IMG/VR virus record: IMGVR_UViG_3300040801_002079
Coordinates: 95,837-159,836 of that record
DNA from: a virus
Reading direction: 5' to 3' (one strand)
DNA: 64,000 nt
The stretch's first letter is position 1. Each line of letters begins with the position of its first letter. Made by a program: the position numbers and the translations under genes. Below, piece by piece: positions 7,883-17,436 of this stretch. A model generated the notes under the pieces. The model saw only the letters and a list, made by a program, of their open reading frames with translations, ran no database searches and had not been told where the DNA came from.

Positions 7883-9536
7883 GAAAAAATTACATATCGG
7901 TGTTTATAGAAAATTAGGTACCAGTGCGACTGATGATGAACTAGAAGATGCTGTTGGATTTATTTCAAAATACTCGCTGGAACTCCAGCGGTTTTATCGT
8001 TTCTATGCAGAAAATATCTTTGATGTAAAAACGAAGCCGTTTGCCTATAAATCTAATACGAATACTTCCCCTACTGCTGGTTATGGTGGAAGAGATCGAA
8101 GAGAAGTTGATAAGGGAGACTTCGAAGAAACTCACGCCGCTGTTTATGGTGGAGCACCCCCAGACGGTAGACACATTTGTGGACAAGGTGGTTTGGGTGG
8201 TACTTCTTCGGTTACTTACGAAGGCTGTTTGCCAAGAACAATGATCCATGAAGTTGGACATAATCTGACTCTTCATCACGCAAATGATGGATTCCCCGAC
8301 AAGTTGGAAAGTTACGAATACAAAGATGAAACTTCTGTCATGGGTTCAAATGGCAACAACCCCGGTTTGAATGCCCCCGATATGATCTTTTTGGGCGTAA
8401 CAACAGATCGTGAAATTCGAAACGTAACCCAGACTGAGCAAGTGATTCTTCGTCCTACTGAACTTCCTGAAAGTGGATTGAAGAATGGTGAATACAAGTA
8501 TGCTGTAATTGAAAAGGGTGAGAACAAATATGTTGTATCGATCCGAAAGAAGAAGGGTATTCATTGGCACGTAGGTCGTGCGGGTGGACATGATCACATG
8601 AAAAACAATTATGTTTATGTTCATCGTATGGAGCCGATGGACCATAAACGATCCGCTTTGATCAACCCCATGATTCAAGCGGGAGAGCAAATGGATTTGT
8701 TGGGGGATATTCGCGTTGAAGCAGTTGAGTATCAAGATGAAGCAGCAAGAGTCAATATCTATTATAATCTTGATGACGAAACCCCCTCCGATTTAATAAT
8801 TGATCAATCCCTTCCCAAAAGAGAGAATACGCTAGAACTGAATGAAGCATTCAACGGCATTTGGTATAATTCCAATATGGTCGGGCAAGGCATTGATTTA
8901 CATATAAAAAATGATCGTCAAGTAATGTATTGGTATACATTTGGCATGGATAGTAATATGCCACCCACCTTTATCTATTCAGATGAAGAAGGTAATCTGT
9001 ATCGAACCGAATTTGGTTATTTTGATGATCCTACAGTAGCGCGAAATATTCATATCGGAACCTATTCAATCGAAGCGCTTGCTCCAAATCGAATCGTCTT
9101 TGATTATGACACGACTGATTATGGGCGCGGTTCAATTATGATGAAGCCAATTCTTACGAATCAAGATGAAAGATCAGGCATTTTATACCCAGAAGGTAAA
9201 GAGAAATCAGGGTTTTCTGTTCAATTTCATAACGACACCTGTGTTATGTACTGGTATACCTATGGACAATCACGGACTAATTTTATGGGTGGGCAAATTC
9301 GCAACAATCAGCAATGGTTCTTATGTCAAGGTGAAAGAAAGGAAGATGGGACATATGATTTAACGATTTATAATTCACCAGAAAATGTTCTGTTTTGTGA
9401 GCGTGTATATGAAAATGAATTAAGTGATCTGGAAGTTCTTGGTACAGCAAACTACAATCCAGAAACAAATGAATTTACATATAATTTAGAAAGATACAAT
9501 AAGGCTGGCTCATACAATTTAGTGCGTTTACTATAG
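7875..9536 (+). CDS. putative zinc metalloprotease (metzincin-like HEVGHNLTLHH motif)
   Basis: HExxH with a third His at +6; Cys/Gly-rich region upstream; 553 aa. Confidence 0.5.
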   Translation: MDKKKLHIGVYRKLGTSATDDELEDAVGFISKYSLELQRFYRFYAENIFDVKTKPFAYKSNTNTSPTAGYGGRDRREVDKGDFEETHAAVYGGAPPDGRHICGQGGLGGTSSVTYEGCLPRTMIHEVGHNLTLHHANDGFPDKLESYEYKDETSVMGSNGNNPGLNAPDMIFLGVTTDREIRNVTQTEQVILRPTELPESGLKNGEYKYAVIEKGENKYVVSIRKKKGIHWHVGRAGGHDHMKNNYVYVHRMEPMDHKRSALINPMIQAGEQMDLLGDIRVEAVEYQDEAARVNIYYNLDDETPSDLIIDQSLPKRENTLELNEAFNGIWYNSNMVGQGIDLHIKNDRQVMYWYTFGMDSNMPPTFIYSDEEGNLYRTEFGYFDDPTVARNIHIGTYSIEALAPNRIVFDYDTTDYGRGSIMMKPILTNQDERSGILYPEGKEKSGFSVQFHNDTCVMYWYTYGQSRTNFMGGQIRNNQQWFLCQGERKEDGTYDLTIYNSPENVLFCERVYENELSDLEVLGTANYNPETNEFTYNLERYNKAGSYNLVRLL

Positions 9537-9539
9537 CTA

Positions 9540-9568
9540 TTGTTTAAAAATACAATTCATGATATAAT
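9540..9568 (+). promoter_or_regulatory. sigma70-type promoter (TTGTTT-N17-TATAAT) placing the TSS at the ATG of 9575
   Basis: Read directly; 6 nt between -10 and ATG. Confidence 0.5.
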
Positions 9569-9574
9569 GTTTCC

Positions 9575-9937
9575 ATGAAGCATGAAGATGAACGAAGCAT
9601 TAATGGCTGGACTCCTACCACTCGCCCATGGATTGTGTGTGCTGCAAATCGATATGGCGATACAATCATCACTGGTGCACGACATCATGACAACATCATG
9701 AGAGCAGCGGTGGCAGCAATTGGTGGGTCATTTGATGCACAGGATCATGATGCATGGAAACGAGGTCATAGTGTATTGATGAGTCGTGTTCCGGAAGGTG
9801 GGCGTGAGGAGCAGGGGTTCATTGATCAATTTGGTCGGTTCTATGATCGGGAAGAAGCCATGCAACTGGCTCTTCAAAATGATCAGGTTAATAACCATAA
9901 GGGCGAACGTTTTTTATGCAGTGAACACTTGTATTGA
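9575..9937 (+). CDS. hypothetical protein
   Basis: ORF track, 120 aa. Confidence 0.5.
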   Translation: MKHEDERSINGWTPTTRPWIVCAANRYGDTIITGARHHDNIMRAAVAAIGGSFDAQDHDAWKRGHSVLMSRVPEGGREEQGFIDQFGRFYDREEAMQLALQNDQVNNHKGERFLCSEHLY

Positions 9938-9964
9938 TTAACAATGATGTGGTAGACTACGACA

Positions 9965-10231
9965 ATGAAAAAACTTATTATATTATTGACACTTTTAGTG
10001 CTTACAGGTTGTAAAATGGATTTAGAAGTTGAAGACCCCGCCATCGTGAAGTGTACAGATTTTCGTGATAACGAGGTTTGGCATTTTGATAATCGAACAG
10101 CCCGTGATGGAGTAATGCATATGAGCGGTGAGGCGACATATATCGTTACTGATACCAATGGAAATAAAAGAGAAATGCGTCACCCCCTTCCTGATTACCT
10201 TAAATGTGATATTCACGAGGAACTAAAGTGA
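9965..10231 (+). CDS. lipoprotein
   Basis: Signal peptide plus lipobox LTGC. Confidence 0.55.
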   Translation: MKKLIILLTLLVLTGCKMDLEVEDPAIVKCTDFRDNEVWHFDNRTARDGVMHMSGEATYIVTDTNGNKREMRHPLPDYLKCDIHEELK

Positions 10232-10680
10232 TTACTTTAAATTCAAAAAACATTTTTGTCGATTTTGCACTACGAAACAGCATAACAGATAATTGGAAGC
10301 AGCCCCGAGACATCTGCTCCTTATTTAATAAGTTTGTAAAATCCTTTTTTGCTTGTTGTTTTGCCTATGGATTACTGATAATGTCAGTAGTATCTGCTTT
10401 ATTTGTATTATTGGTGGGCACCCATATGTATTTTACAACTGACAGTCTTAATGTTTTACAAGATATTCAACGTGGGGTATACAACATGTTTACCATGTTT
10501 ATGCTATGGGGAATAGGGTCATTATTTTTTATCTTTGCAATTGGTTTGATGATGGCTTATTCGGCAATAGAAGACTTATATAGAGCCACTTTTCGCCCTA
10601 AAAACAAATCGAATAACATGTTTAAAGAATGGGTTAAAGCAAAGCGAGATAAATTATGCCCACTTGTAGAATACAAATAG
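10228..10680 (+). CDS. multi-pass membrane protein (paralog of 11354..11791)
   Basis: Several TM helices; shared C-terminal W(K)xKRxxxC motif. Confidence 0.55.
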   Translation: MITLNSKNIFVDFALRNSITDNWKQPRDICSLFNKFVKSFFACCFAYGLLIMSVVSALFVLLVGTHMYFTTDSLNVLQDIQRGVYNMFTMFMLWGIGSLFFIFAIGLMMAYSAIEDLYRATFRPKNKSNNMFKEWVKAKRDKLCPLVEYK

Positions 10681-10696
10681 GATATTAAAAGAGAAA

Positions 10697-10963
10697 ATGA
10701 CCATCGATAAAGAAAAAGAAGACGAGATAACTGTAAAATGTAATCTCTTTGTTCCCTTAATTTTTGGCCTTATGCAAAAATGGGACGATCTATACTCAAT
10801 TGATCCGAAAATAATAGCCGAGGAACTTCAATTAACGGTGACCGAAGTGCATTATCTATTATCAAATCAGATAAGTCAATTCTCTTTGCAACAGATAATC
10901 GCAATTGGAGAAATTGCTGGAATTTGGGATTCACAGGTGCCTCCCCCACTTGAAAATGATTAG
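10697..10963 (+). CDS. hypothetical protein, possible HTH
   Basis: ORF track, 88 aa; IAEELQLTVTEVHYLL helix-turn-helix-like. Confidence 0.45.
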   Translation: MTIDKEKEDEITVKCNLFVPLIFGLMQKWDDLYSIDPKIIAEELQLTVTEVHYLLSNQISQFSLQQIIAIGEIAGIWDSQVPPPLEND

Positions 10964-10996
10964 ATGCGTTTTAACGTAAAATTAGAGGAGTAAATT

Positions 10997-11224
10997 ATGC
11001 ACGAAGATTTGGGTTATAGTTCCACAAAATTACATTTTCCCTTTTGGGTGAAATTTATCATAGCGTTTATCGGTCTTGCCTTGTTTTACATTGCTGGAAT
11101 TTATTTAATAAAGGGTTTTATATTTTTAGTAATGACCTATCCGACACCTTCACTGATTGTAATAATGGGTTCACTTATTTCACTTCTTGCTGGTTTGATA
11201 GCATCCTTATGGCACTATAGTTAG
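10997..11224 (+). CDS. small membrane protein
   Basis: ORF track, 75 aa, two TM helices. Confidence 0.5.
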   Translation: MHEDLGYSSTKLHFPFWVKFIIAFIGLALFYIAGIYLIKGFIFLVMTYPTPSLIVIMGSLISLLAGLIASLWHYS

Positions 11225-11233
11225 GAGATTAAA

Positions 11234-11350
11234 ATGGAAATTATTGGATTTGATGCCTTCGCCTTTATTTTTTTCGGCATTGTGTTGGCCTTCGGTTGGT
11301 ACATGTTGTTTCATAATGCACCTTTTACCATTCAATTTATCACGGAGTGA
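11234..11350 (+). CDS. small membrane protein (38 aa)
   Basis: AGGAG RBS, hydrophobic; under track cutoff. Confidence 0.35.
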   Translation: MEIIGFDAFAFIFFGIVLAFGWYMLFHNAPFTIQFITE

Positions 11351-11353
11351 CTT

Positions 11354-11791
11354 ATGAAAGAACTTAGTGCTTCAAACTCAATTATTGCAGATTTCTTATT
11401 GAATGGGACGTTTAGTGTTACAAGGGGACGGACAGACATTTGTGAGTTAATGGTTGATTTCATTGCCCAGTTTGTGTTTACTTCATTTATGTTTTTATCC
11501 CTCATTGTTATCACATGGACATCCCTGTTTTCTTCTGTAATGGTGCTTGATTTTTTTGTTGGGCCTCAGTATTTTACGGATTTCTATTTGTATGTGAGGG
11601 AATTTAATACGCCATCTGCACTTTTTTGGATTACATCATTGATGGGGGGTCTGATGACTACACCCATTGTAATTATTGGACTGCTTATTACATTTATCAA
11701 GAAGCACCGATCTGATAGTGAATCTTTTATCGGAAATTGGTGGAAATCAAAGCGTCAGAGGATGTGCTTCGATATTAAAGTTGTGCCATAA
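11354..11791 (+). CDS. multi-pass membrane protein (paralog of 10228..10680)
   Basis: ORF track, 145 aa. Confidence 0.55.
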   Translation: MKELSASNSIIADFLLNGTFSVTRGRTDICELMVDFIAQFVFTSFMFLSLIVITWTSLFSSVMVLDFFVGPQYFTDFYLYVREFNTPSALFWITSLMGGLMTTPIVIIGLLITFIKKHRSDSESFIGNWWKSKRQRMCFDIKVVP

Positions 11792-11811
11792 ATATTAGAG
11801 AGACTAGAATT

Positions 11812-12114
11812 ATGAGAGAACCAACTCATTATCTATGTGATAATCACCCCTTGCATGATTTCTATGCCAAAGAGGATCATCCGCGTAAGGAAGTAGATGG
11901 TGAAATGGTAGTACAGTGCCCTTATTGTATGGCTGTTACCATTCGATATCTCAACGAGAAAATGGTATTGTTTAAAAAATACATTAATCATGTGGGTGAG
12001 TGTGAAGGTATAGATTTTACGGGAAATTCATTAACCTGTTCAGATAAATTTACGGATGAAGAAAAGAAAGATTTACGTATTATAGCTAAAGCCGCTTGGG
12101 AGGAAAGTCAATGA
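11812..12114 (+). CDS. Cys-rich hypothetical protein
   Basis: ORF track, 100 aa, CPYC...C...C. Confidence 0.5.
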   Translation: MREPTHYLCDNHPLHDFYAKEDHPRKEVDGEMVVQCPYCMAVTIRYLNEKMVLFKKYINHVGECEGIDFTGNSLTCSDKFTDEEKKDLRIIAKAAWEESQ

Positions 12115-12341
12115 AACCTATCGTTATTATATTCTTAATTGTACTAGCAGCATTTATATTCATGGTCAAGAAGGATGTTAAAACATATCACATCACTTGT
12201 CAGATCGATGGACTTTCTTTGTATGATGGAATTGGAACACAACTTGAGTACCCTGACAGTGGGGAAAATCAGCTAATCTTTGTTGATGAAAATGGAGATG
12301 AGGTTGCCATTTCAAACAAGGCAACCTGTCAAATTAAATAG
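12111..12341 (+). CDS. secreted/membrane small protein
   Basis: ATGA overlap with GGGAGG RBS; N-terminal signal/TM; track 12096..12341. Confidence 0.45.
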   Translation: MKPIVIIFLIVLAAFIFMVKKDVKTYHITCQIDGLSLYDGIGTQLEYPDSGENQLIFVDENGDEVAISNKATCQIK

Positions 12342-12349
12342 TTATTTTT

Positions 12350-12580
12350 CTATTCACCTAATGCGTCAATGGCGTTTTTGCAGTCAATGCTCAAACGCCC
12401 CTTTTCCCAGCATTCTTCGAACTCTGCTTGCGCATAACGAATCTTTTCTTTCAGTTCTCTTAATTCCTTGCGCTCTACCTGCAAACGGTTAGCTGCCCAT
12501 TCGGGGGATTTCTTGCACAACTTCAGTAGAGTCATAAATTCTTCGTGTCGTGGATCAAAACCACCTTCTATAATTACCAT
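12350..12580 (-). CDS. hypothetical protein (paralog of 7221..7538)
   Basis: ORF track, 76 aa; CKKSPEWAAN motif. Confidence 0.45.
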   Translation of the reverse strand: MVIIEGGFDPRHEEFMTLLKLCKKSPEWAANRLQVERKELRELKEKIRYAQAEFEECWEKGRLSIDCKNAIDALGE

Positions 12581-12692
12581 GTTTAATTTCCTTTATTTAA
12601 AAAGATTTCATGATCAGTATCATACCACATCATTTGCTTCATATCAACCATTGTGTTATAATTCACCCCGTTAATTTTAGCAGGAGAAGAAA

Positions 12693-12968
12693 ATGTTTAA
12701 GGCCAGAAAATGTGTCGTAAAAAATGTTAACGCAATTTGCAAACCTAATAATAGCCGCAGGATGGATTGGCGTAAATATGCCTTTTTGTATATTGTAAGT
12801 AAGGCTGAATTGGAAAACTGTGATTATAGCAATGCGTGTGGTATGCATGATAATGATGGTATCCATCTATGGTGGGACAATCGTGATGCACTTGTCAGGT
12901 TTGCATGGAAGTATAAAGATGAGCCTGACCTCAAGTGGAAAATTTATAAAGAGTTTGTTACAGAATAA
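12693..12968 (+). CDS. hypothetical protein
   Basis: ORF track, 91 aa; AGGAG RBS; extended -10 (TGtTATAAT) upstream. Confidence 0.5.
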   Translation: MFKARKCVVKNVNAICKPNNSRRMDWRKYAFLYIVSKAELENCDYSNACGMHDNDGIHLWWDNRDALVRFAWKYKDEPDLKWKIYKEFVTE

Positions 12969-12988
12969 ATATAAAAAAGGAGTTTAAA

Positions 12989-13411
12989 ATGAAACTTGAT
13001 CAAATTTTAAATGAAAGATGGTATGAAGATGAATGGGAAGATGAAGATGGTGATTATGGATGGTTGCCCATTTCATCTAGAGAAAATGGATTCTGGTTCG
13101 AAAATTTTGACAGTGTTGATAAACATAATAGTTGGTTTGATGGCATCGGAAAAGATTTATATGAACTAGGCAGTGAAAAGTTCAATAAGAAATTTGACGA
13201 TCTTCGTTGGGAAGAATACTACTTCCCCCCAGATTGGCAAGAGGTTGTTTCTAGAATGCCCGATCCGAGGAAATTCGGAATTGATCCCACACGACCCGAT
13301 AATACAGATATTAATGCTGGTAAACAATTTTTGGATGCATTTACTGACTGGTTTGAATCGGAAGAGTTAAACGATAACATTAAGCTTGAGGGCGATTTAA
13401 GGAGTTTATAA
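12989..13411 (+). CDS. hypothetical protein (tandem paralog A)
   Basis: Starts MKLDQILNE; 5' region duplicated at 13411. Confidence 0.55.
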   Translation: MKLDQILNERWYEDEWEDEDGDYGWLPISSRENGFWFENFDSVDKHNSWFDGIGKDLYELGSEKFNKKFDDLRWEEYYFPPDWQEVVSRMPDPRKFGIDPTRPDNTDINAGKQFLDAFTDWFESEELNDNIKLEGDLRSL

Positions 13412-13746
13412 TGAAACTTGATCAAGTATTAAATGAATGGAATGACTGGGATGACTTGAGTGGTCATCATCGTGCGGGAGCGTCAGAAGCAGATCGTGAA
13501 GAAATAATTAATGACATTTATCAGTATCTCAATCAGCCCCATATGAAACGTCACATGGAAAAACATTGTCCCCGACTATTAGCATCCAATAGTTTAGATG
13601 CAATTGCGGATCAAGTCGCATTTACTCCCATTGATGGAAAGAATGTGATTGATTGGATTGATGGAGATGAATATTACACAGATGATGACTTTGAAGATCA
13701 AGTAGAAGATGCACTTCAAAAACTAGAAGAACCCCTCTGGCACTAA
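13411..13746 (+). CDS. hypothetical protein (tandem paralog B)
   Basis: Starts MKLDQVLNE; identical RBS context AAGGAGTTTA(a/t)AATG. Confidence 0.55.
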   Translation: MKLDQVLNEWNDWDDLSGHHRAGASEADREEIINDIYQYLNQPHMKRHMEKHCPRLLASNSLDAIADQVAFTPIDGKNVIDWIDGDEYYTDDDFEDQVEDALQKLEEPLWH

Positions 13747-13778
13747 CACTCTTCCATTACTGGTAATTAATATAAAAA

Positions 13779-14087
13779 TCAATAACTTGTATATTCCTCA
13801 ATTACTCCGTTCAGGTCATCAGCCCAGACATGCTTTACTCCGGGAGGTGCCATTGGTGTTTGTTGTGCATTTTCCAAAAGTGCTCCCAGATCATTAAGTA
13901 GGTTGTTTGTAAAAGCGAACTCTGTTGAGTATCCCTCCATAAACTCTATAATCATGGGACGAAGATTATCACTCATGTCCTCATTGATTATCGCTTCAAC
14001 CAAATCATTATATCTTTCACCCGTCATTCTTTTCATATTAATATCTCCTATTTCCTTCAGTGTAATATTGTATTTGCTTACTGTCAA
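13779..14087 (-). CDS. hypothetical protein
   Basis: Track minus ORF, 102 aa, convergent with flanking plus genes. Confidence 0.4.
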   Translation of the reverse strand: MTVSKYNITLKEIGDINMKRMTGERYNDLVEAIINEDMSDNLRPMIIEFMEGYSTEFAFTNNLLNDLGALLENAQQTPMAPPGVKHVWADDLNGVIEEYTSY

Positions 14088-14126
14088 CAGGTGTGATATG
14101 ATTTAATCTCGTGGAGGATTAAAATT

Positions 14127-14378
14127 ATGCAAGAATCTGTAGAGCAGTTTATGAATCAGTTTCCAACACTGAATGATTGGGTGGATTGGGTAATAGCCCT
14201 TTTATTCTTTTCAGTTGTTTGGCTATCGGGATCGGTAGACTCTATTCGAAAAGTTGTAGAACATAAAATAATGTGGCTTGCTAATCCGTTGGGAATTATT
14301 CTTATAGTTGGAGGACATGCGTTTGTCACATATGTTTTGTTTAAGTTAATTCTAACAAATGAGGTTTTATTCCAATGA
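14127..14378 (+). CDS. small membrane protein
   Basis: ORF track, 83 aa. Confidence 0.5.
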   Translation: MQESVEQFMNQFPTLNDWVDWVIALLFFSVVWLSGSVDSIRKVVEHKIMWLANPLGIILIVGGHAFVTYVLFKLILTNEVLFQ

Positions 14379-14545
14379 ATAGAATTGAAGAACTTCTTGA
14401 TCGCCTAGAAAACATGGCAGAGAATTGGCGACTCGCTGAAAAGTATGATCCAGTGTGGTTTCCGGGAATTCGAGAACCTCGTCTGGATGGCAATGATTGT
14501 TCAAAAGAACTTCGTGAATTAATTGAGGAGTATAGAAATGGCTGA
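14375..14545 (+). CDS. hypothetical small protein (56 aa)
   Basis: ATGA overlap with preceding stop; charged helical sequence; under cutoff. Confidence 0.35.
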   Translation: MNRIEELLDRLENMAENWRLAEKYDPVWFPGIREPRLDGNDCSKELRELIEEYRNG

Positions 14546-14723
14546 TTGTGTTATGTGTGGAAGTTGGGTTCCAGATGGTCAACGCACATGTTCAATGTGC
14601 TATGGCGATCCAGAATATGGAAGTGATGGATATTACAAAGATTTTTTACGACAACAGGAAGAGCAAGAGCAGAGAATTCGAGAGTATGAGAGACAATATG
14701 AAGAAGAAGGTCCCCCACCCTAA
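14538..14723 (+). CDS. Zn-ribbon protein
   Basis: CVMCGS...CSMCYG; ATG 14538 within track ORF 14523..14723. Confidence 0.45.
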   Translation: MADCVMCGSWVPDGQRTCSMCYGDPEYGSDGYYKDFLRQQEEQEQRIREYERQYEEEGPPP

Positions 14724-14816
14724 ACCGGGAGTCATGAGCAAGGAAGAGTTTTTTGGAAGATTCATTGTTCCAGCCAGTAAAAAATATTTTAACCCTAAGC
14801 CCAATGGAAAGGCTAA

Positions 14817-15152
14817 ATGAAGATATACGATGAAGAATATGAACATCCACCCGAGTGGATTGAGGACAACATCAATGACATGCTTTCTGGATATGATGAT
14901 ATCCGAGAACTGTTTAAATTAGAAAAAAGCTTTGAGTTTGTCATTCATGATCTACGTTCATTTTACTGGAGTGAGGCGGAAAATAATCAATTGGCTTGCA
15001 TTCTAAATGGCAGACAATCTTTCTGGCCTATTGCACAGTCAGTCAAATTAGGTTATACTACTTTAGTGTTATTCAAGGGATTACCCCCAAGTCGGGTATT
15101 CGTATTGAGTAACAATTGTAAAATTCCAATGGAACGATTCAGGACAATATGA
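14817..15152 (+). CDS. hypothetical protein
   Basis: ORF track, 111 aa. Confidence 0.5.
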   Translation: MKIYDEEYEHPPEWIEDNINDMLSGYDDIRELFKLEKSFEFVIHDLRSFYWSEAENNQLACILNGRQSFWPIAQSVKLGYTTLVLFKGLPPSRVFVLSNNCKIPMERFRTI

Positions 15153-15364
15153 TGAGCACAAAACGAGAGGTTGTACTTTGCTGGGACTGTAATGGCACTG
15201 GGGAACGTGAAATACCCGGAGAGCTTTATGACTATCATAAAGGTCTCTATCACGACTCAGCTACGGAAACATGTTCAACATGCGATGGCTTGGGGCGATT
15301 GGTTGTTACTACTACGGTTACAGTTTCAACCCTGAGTCAAGCGTCAGGGCCTCCACATAATTAA
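15149..15364 (+). CDS. DnaJ-type zinc-finger-like small protein
   Basis: CWDCNGTG...CSTCDGLG. Confidence 0.5.
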   Translation: MMSTKREVVLCWDCNGTGEREIPGELYDYHKGLYHDSATETCSTCDGLGRLVVTTTVTVSTLSQASGPPHN

Positions 15365-15376
15365 TAGGAGATTGAA

Positions 15377-15766
15377 ATGACACAAATGATTTATAGTGCA
15401 ATGCGAACCCCCGATGGGACTATTATTGAAAGTACCCATCGACATGATTATGTGACTCATACTGATGCCAATGGTCGTGAGTACATGCTAGATGGGGGGC
15501 ATGATTATGTTCGATCTTCTGCATGGGGTGATGAGGAATATATCATTCATACAATGGATGAGGATCATGAAATTCGCCGTGAATTTTTCAGGTGGGGATC
15601 ATGGGGTAAGGATGGAAAAGGTCCGTTTAAGCGAATCCCATTGAAAGACTTAACTGATGAGCATATTGCTGCTATTTTGGAAACCCAAGAGCAGATTAGA
15701 GGAACATATGTTGAAGAACTAATGATCGCTGAACAGAACTATCGCAAGGAGAACCCTGATGTATAA
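15377..15766 (+). CDS. hypothetical protein
   Basis: ORF track, 129 aa. Confidence 0.55.
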   Translation: MTQMIYSAMRTPDGTIIESTHRHDYVTHTDANGREYMLDGGHDYVRSSAWGDEEYIIHTMDEDHEIRREFFRWGSWGKDGKGPFKRIPLKDLTDEHIAAILETQEQIRGTYVEELMIAEQNYRKENPDV

Positions 15767-16157
15767 AGATGGTTACATTGTTTTTAGCACAAACGGTGAG
15801 TTCTTTGACACCGAATTTGATTGTGTATGTGATGAAGTTGAAGACCTTCGTGAAGATGGTGAGATTGTAAGTATATGGGTTGGTGAACTTGATGAAGTTA
15901 ATCACCGGGATTACATTAATGCTCACTATATTGTCGAACAAATGGCTGATGCGGCATATGATGATTTAGATGACTTTACAGAAGGTTATCTGGATGATGT
16001 AACCATGAAGCAACTTGACGAATTGGAAGAAGTTATCTCCAATTGGTTCGATGAGAATGTTTCAAAACCATCGTTTTTCAGGGTTCGAAACATGAGAGAG
16101 GTTAGTTTTAAAGTGGGTCAACGGGATAAGGCATGGAAGGCAATACATGACGGATAA
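15759..16157 (+). CDS. hypothetical acidic protein
   Basis: ORF track, 132 aa. Confidence 0.55.
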   Translation: MYKDGYIVFSTNGEFFDTEFDCVCDEVEDLREDGEIVSIWVGELDEVNHRDYINAHYIVEQMADAAYDDLDDFTEGYLDDVTMKQLDELEEVISNWFDENVSKPSFFRVRNMREVSFKVGQRDKAWKAIHDG

Positions 16158-16512
16158 AATAAGACCACTATCTGAATATCTTGATGAAAGTTGGGAAGAC
16201 CCGCATAAGCGTAAGTATTTGAAAGAGGCGGTGTTTGACTATAATCGCAGACTTCGTGAAGAAAATGAGGCTCTTATTGCTTTTATAGATGAATATATGG
16301 GAGTTCCCGATGGGACCAGACTGTGGCCCATGTTTGAACATGCTAATAGAGTCGTTAAGCGATTTGAAAAAATGGACCAAAGAATATCCCAACTGGAAGA
16401 GGTTATAGAAATTCTACGCAACTGTGACCCCGTTACTATACAAATGCCCGTTGGTGGTAACGTTCCATTTGTACCATATAGTAAAATTAGAAGATTACTG
16501 GAGAAAGTTTAA
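16147..16512 (+). CDS. hypothetical protein
   Basis: ORF track, 121 aa. Confidence 0.55.
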   Translation: MTDKIRPLSEYLDESWEDPHKRKYLKEAVFDYNRRLREENEALIAFIDEYMGVPDGTRLWPMFEHANRVVKRFEKMDQRISQLEEVIEILRNCDPVTIQMPVGGNVPFVPYSKIRRLLEKV

Positions 16513-17090
16513 TGACTAAAGAAAAGGGCAATAACAACCCCTTCAAGTCTGCAATAGAAAAAGCTAAAAAGGATTTAGAAGGATTCGATGAAGCCATGGA
16601 GATTGTTAAAGAGTTGAGAAACCCAACAAAGAATAGGCCGTTTATTCACAAAGAGCGGGTACAGAAAGGACCCTATGAGGTTGTGGAAGAAGAAACCACG
16701 TATGATGAAATTGATGAAATTTTTGGTACGGATGGTAACAATCTTGTAAGTTCAATGATGCAAAGAATTCGTGATTACGAAGATGTAATTAAAACTTTAA
16801 CCGATGAAAATAAAAGATTAAAGAATTCTAATAAAATTTCGGTCATTTCTGAGGACATTTCCAGTCTAAGAGATTGGATTTTAGGGGAATCCAAAAGGCT
16901 AAATGATGAAATTAGGAATATATCTAAAGTTGTCAAGGATGTTAAAAAGTGCAAGGTTTATGTACTAGATTCAAGAGGTAATATGATTGAAGAGAGTGAT
17001 GATACACCGTTATCTGCAATTAGATATATACAAAGAGATGATGTATTAAGAGTTTTTAAAAACAGGAGGCTGGTTGATAAAAATGGCTAA
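16512..17090 (+). CDS. hypothetical protein
   Basis: ORF track, 192 aa. Confidence 0.55.
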   Translation: MTKEKGNNNPFKSAIEKAKKDLEGFDEAMEIVKELRNPTKNRPFIHKERVQKGPYEVVEEETTYDEIDEIFGTDGNNLVSSMMQRIRDYEDVIKTLTDENKRLKNSNKISVISEDISSLRDWILGESKRLNDEIRNISKVVKDVKKCKVYVLDSRGNMIEESDDTPLSAIRYIQRDDVLRVFKNRRLVDKNG

Positions 17091-17436
17091 TAAAACTTTA
17101 GAAGTTTGGTACAGATATGATGATGACTATGATGGAAATGTGCTCTGCACAAAGTATGAAGTATTAAAGCATACCCCGAAAGGTGTTTGGTTAAAGTTTG
17201 GAAACAATGATAAATTTGTACTAAAAGGTGCTAGGAAGCGTTTTGCATGTCCAGATAAGGATTCAGCATTAGAGTCTTTTATAGCTAGGAAATATTCACA
17301 GCGCAAAATTGTTAGAAGACAGGTTGATAGGGTGGAAAAGGCAATACTTTCTGCACAAACAATTCAGGCTGGATTAAAACCACATAGATTTACACAAGTA
17401 TATACCATAGGGAGCTTTACGCATGACTATCCATAA
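17083..17436 (+). CDS. hypothetical protein
   Basis: ATG 17083 (MANKTLEV) within track ORF 17074..17436. Confidence 0.5.
   Translation: MANKTLEVWYRYDDDYDGNVLCTKYEVLKHTPKGVWLKFGNNDKFVLKGARKRFACPDKDSALESFIARKYSQRKIVRRQVDRVEKAILSAQTIQAGLKPHRFTQVYTIGSFTHDYP

Noticed and set aside
14548-14820. 90-aa ORF overlapping the Zn-ribbon gene in another frame
   Set aside because: Its first half is an out-of-frame overlap of a better gene. Only a possible 29-aa tail ORF (ATG about 14733) remains, which is too short and weak to call.
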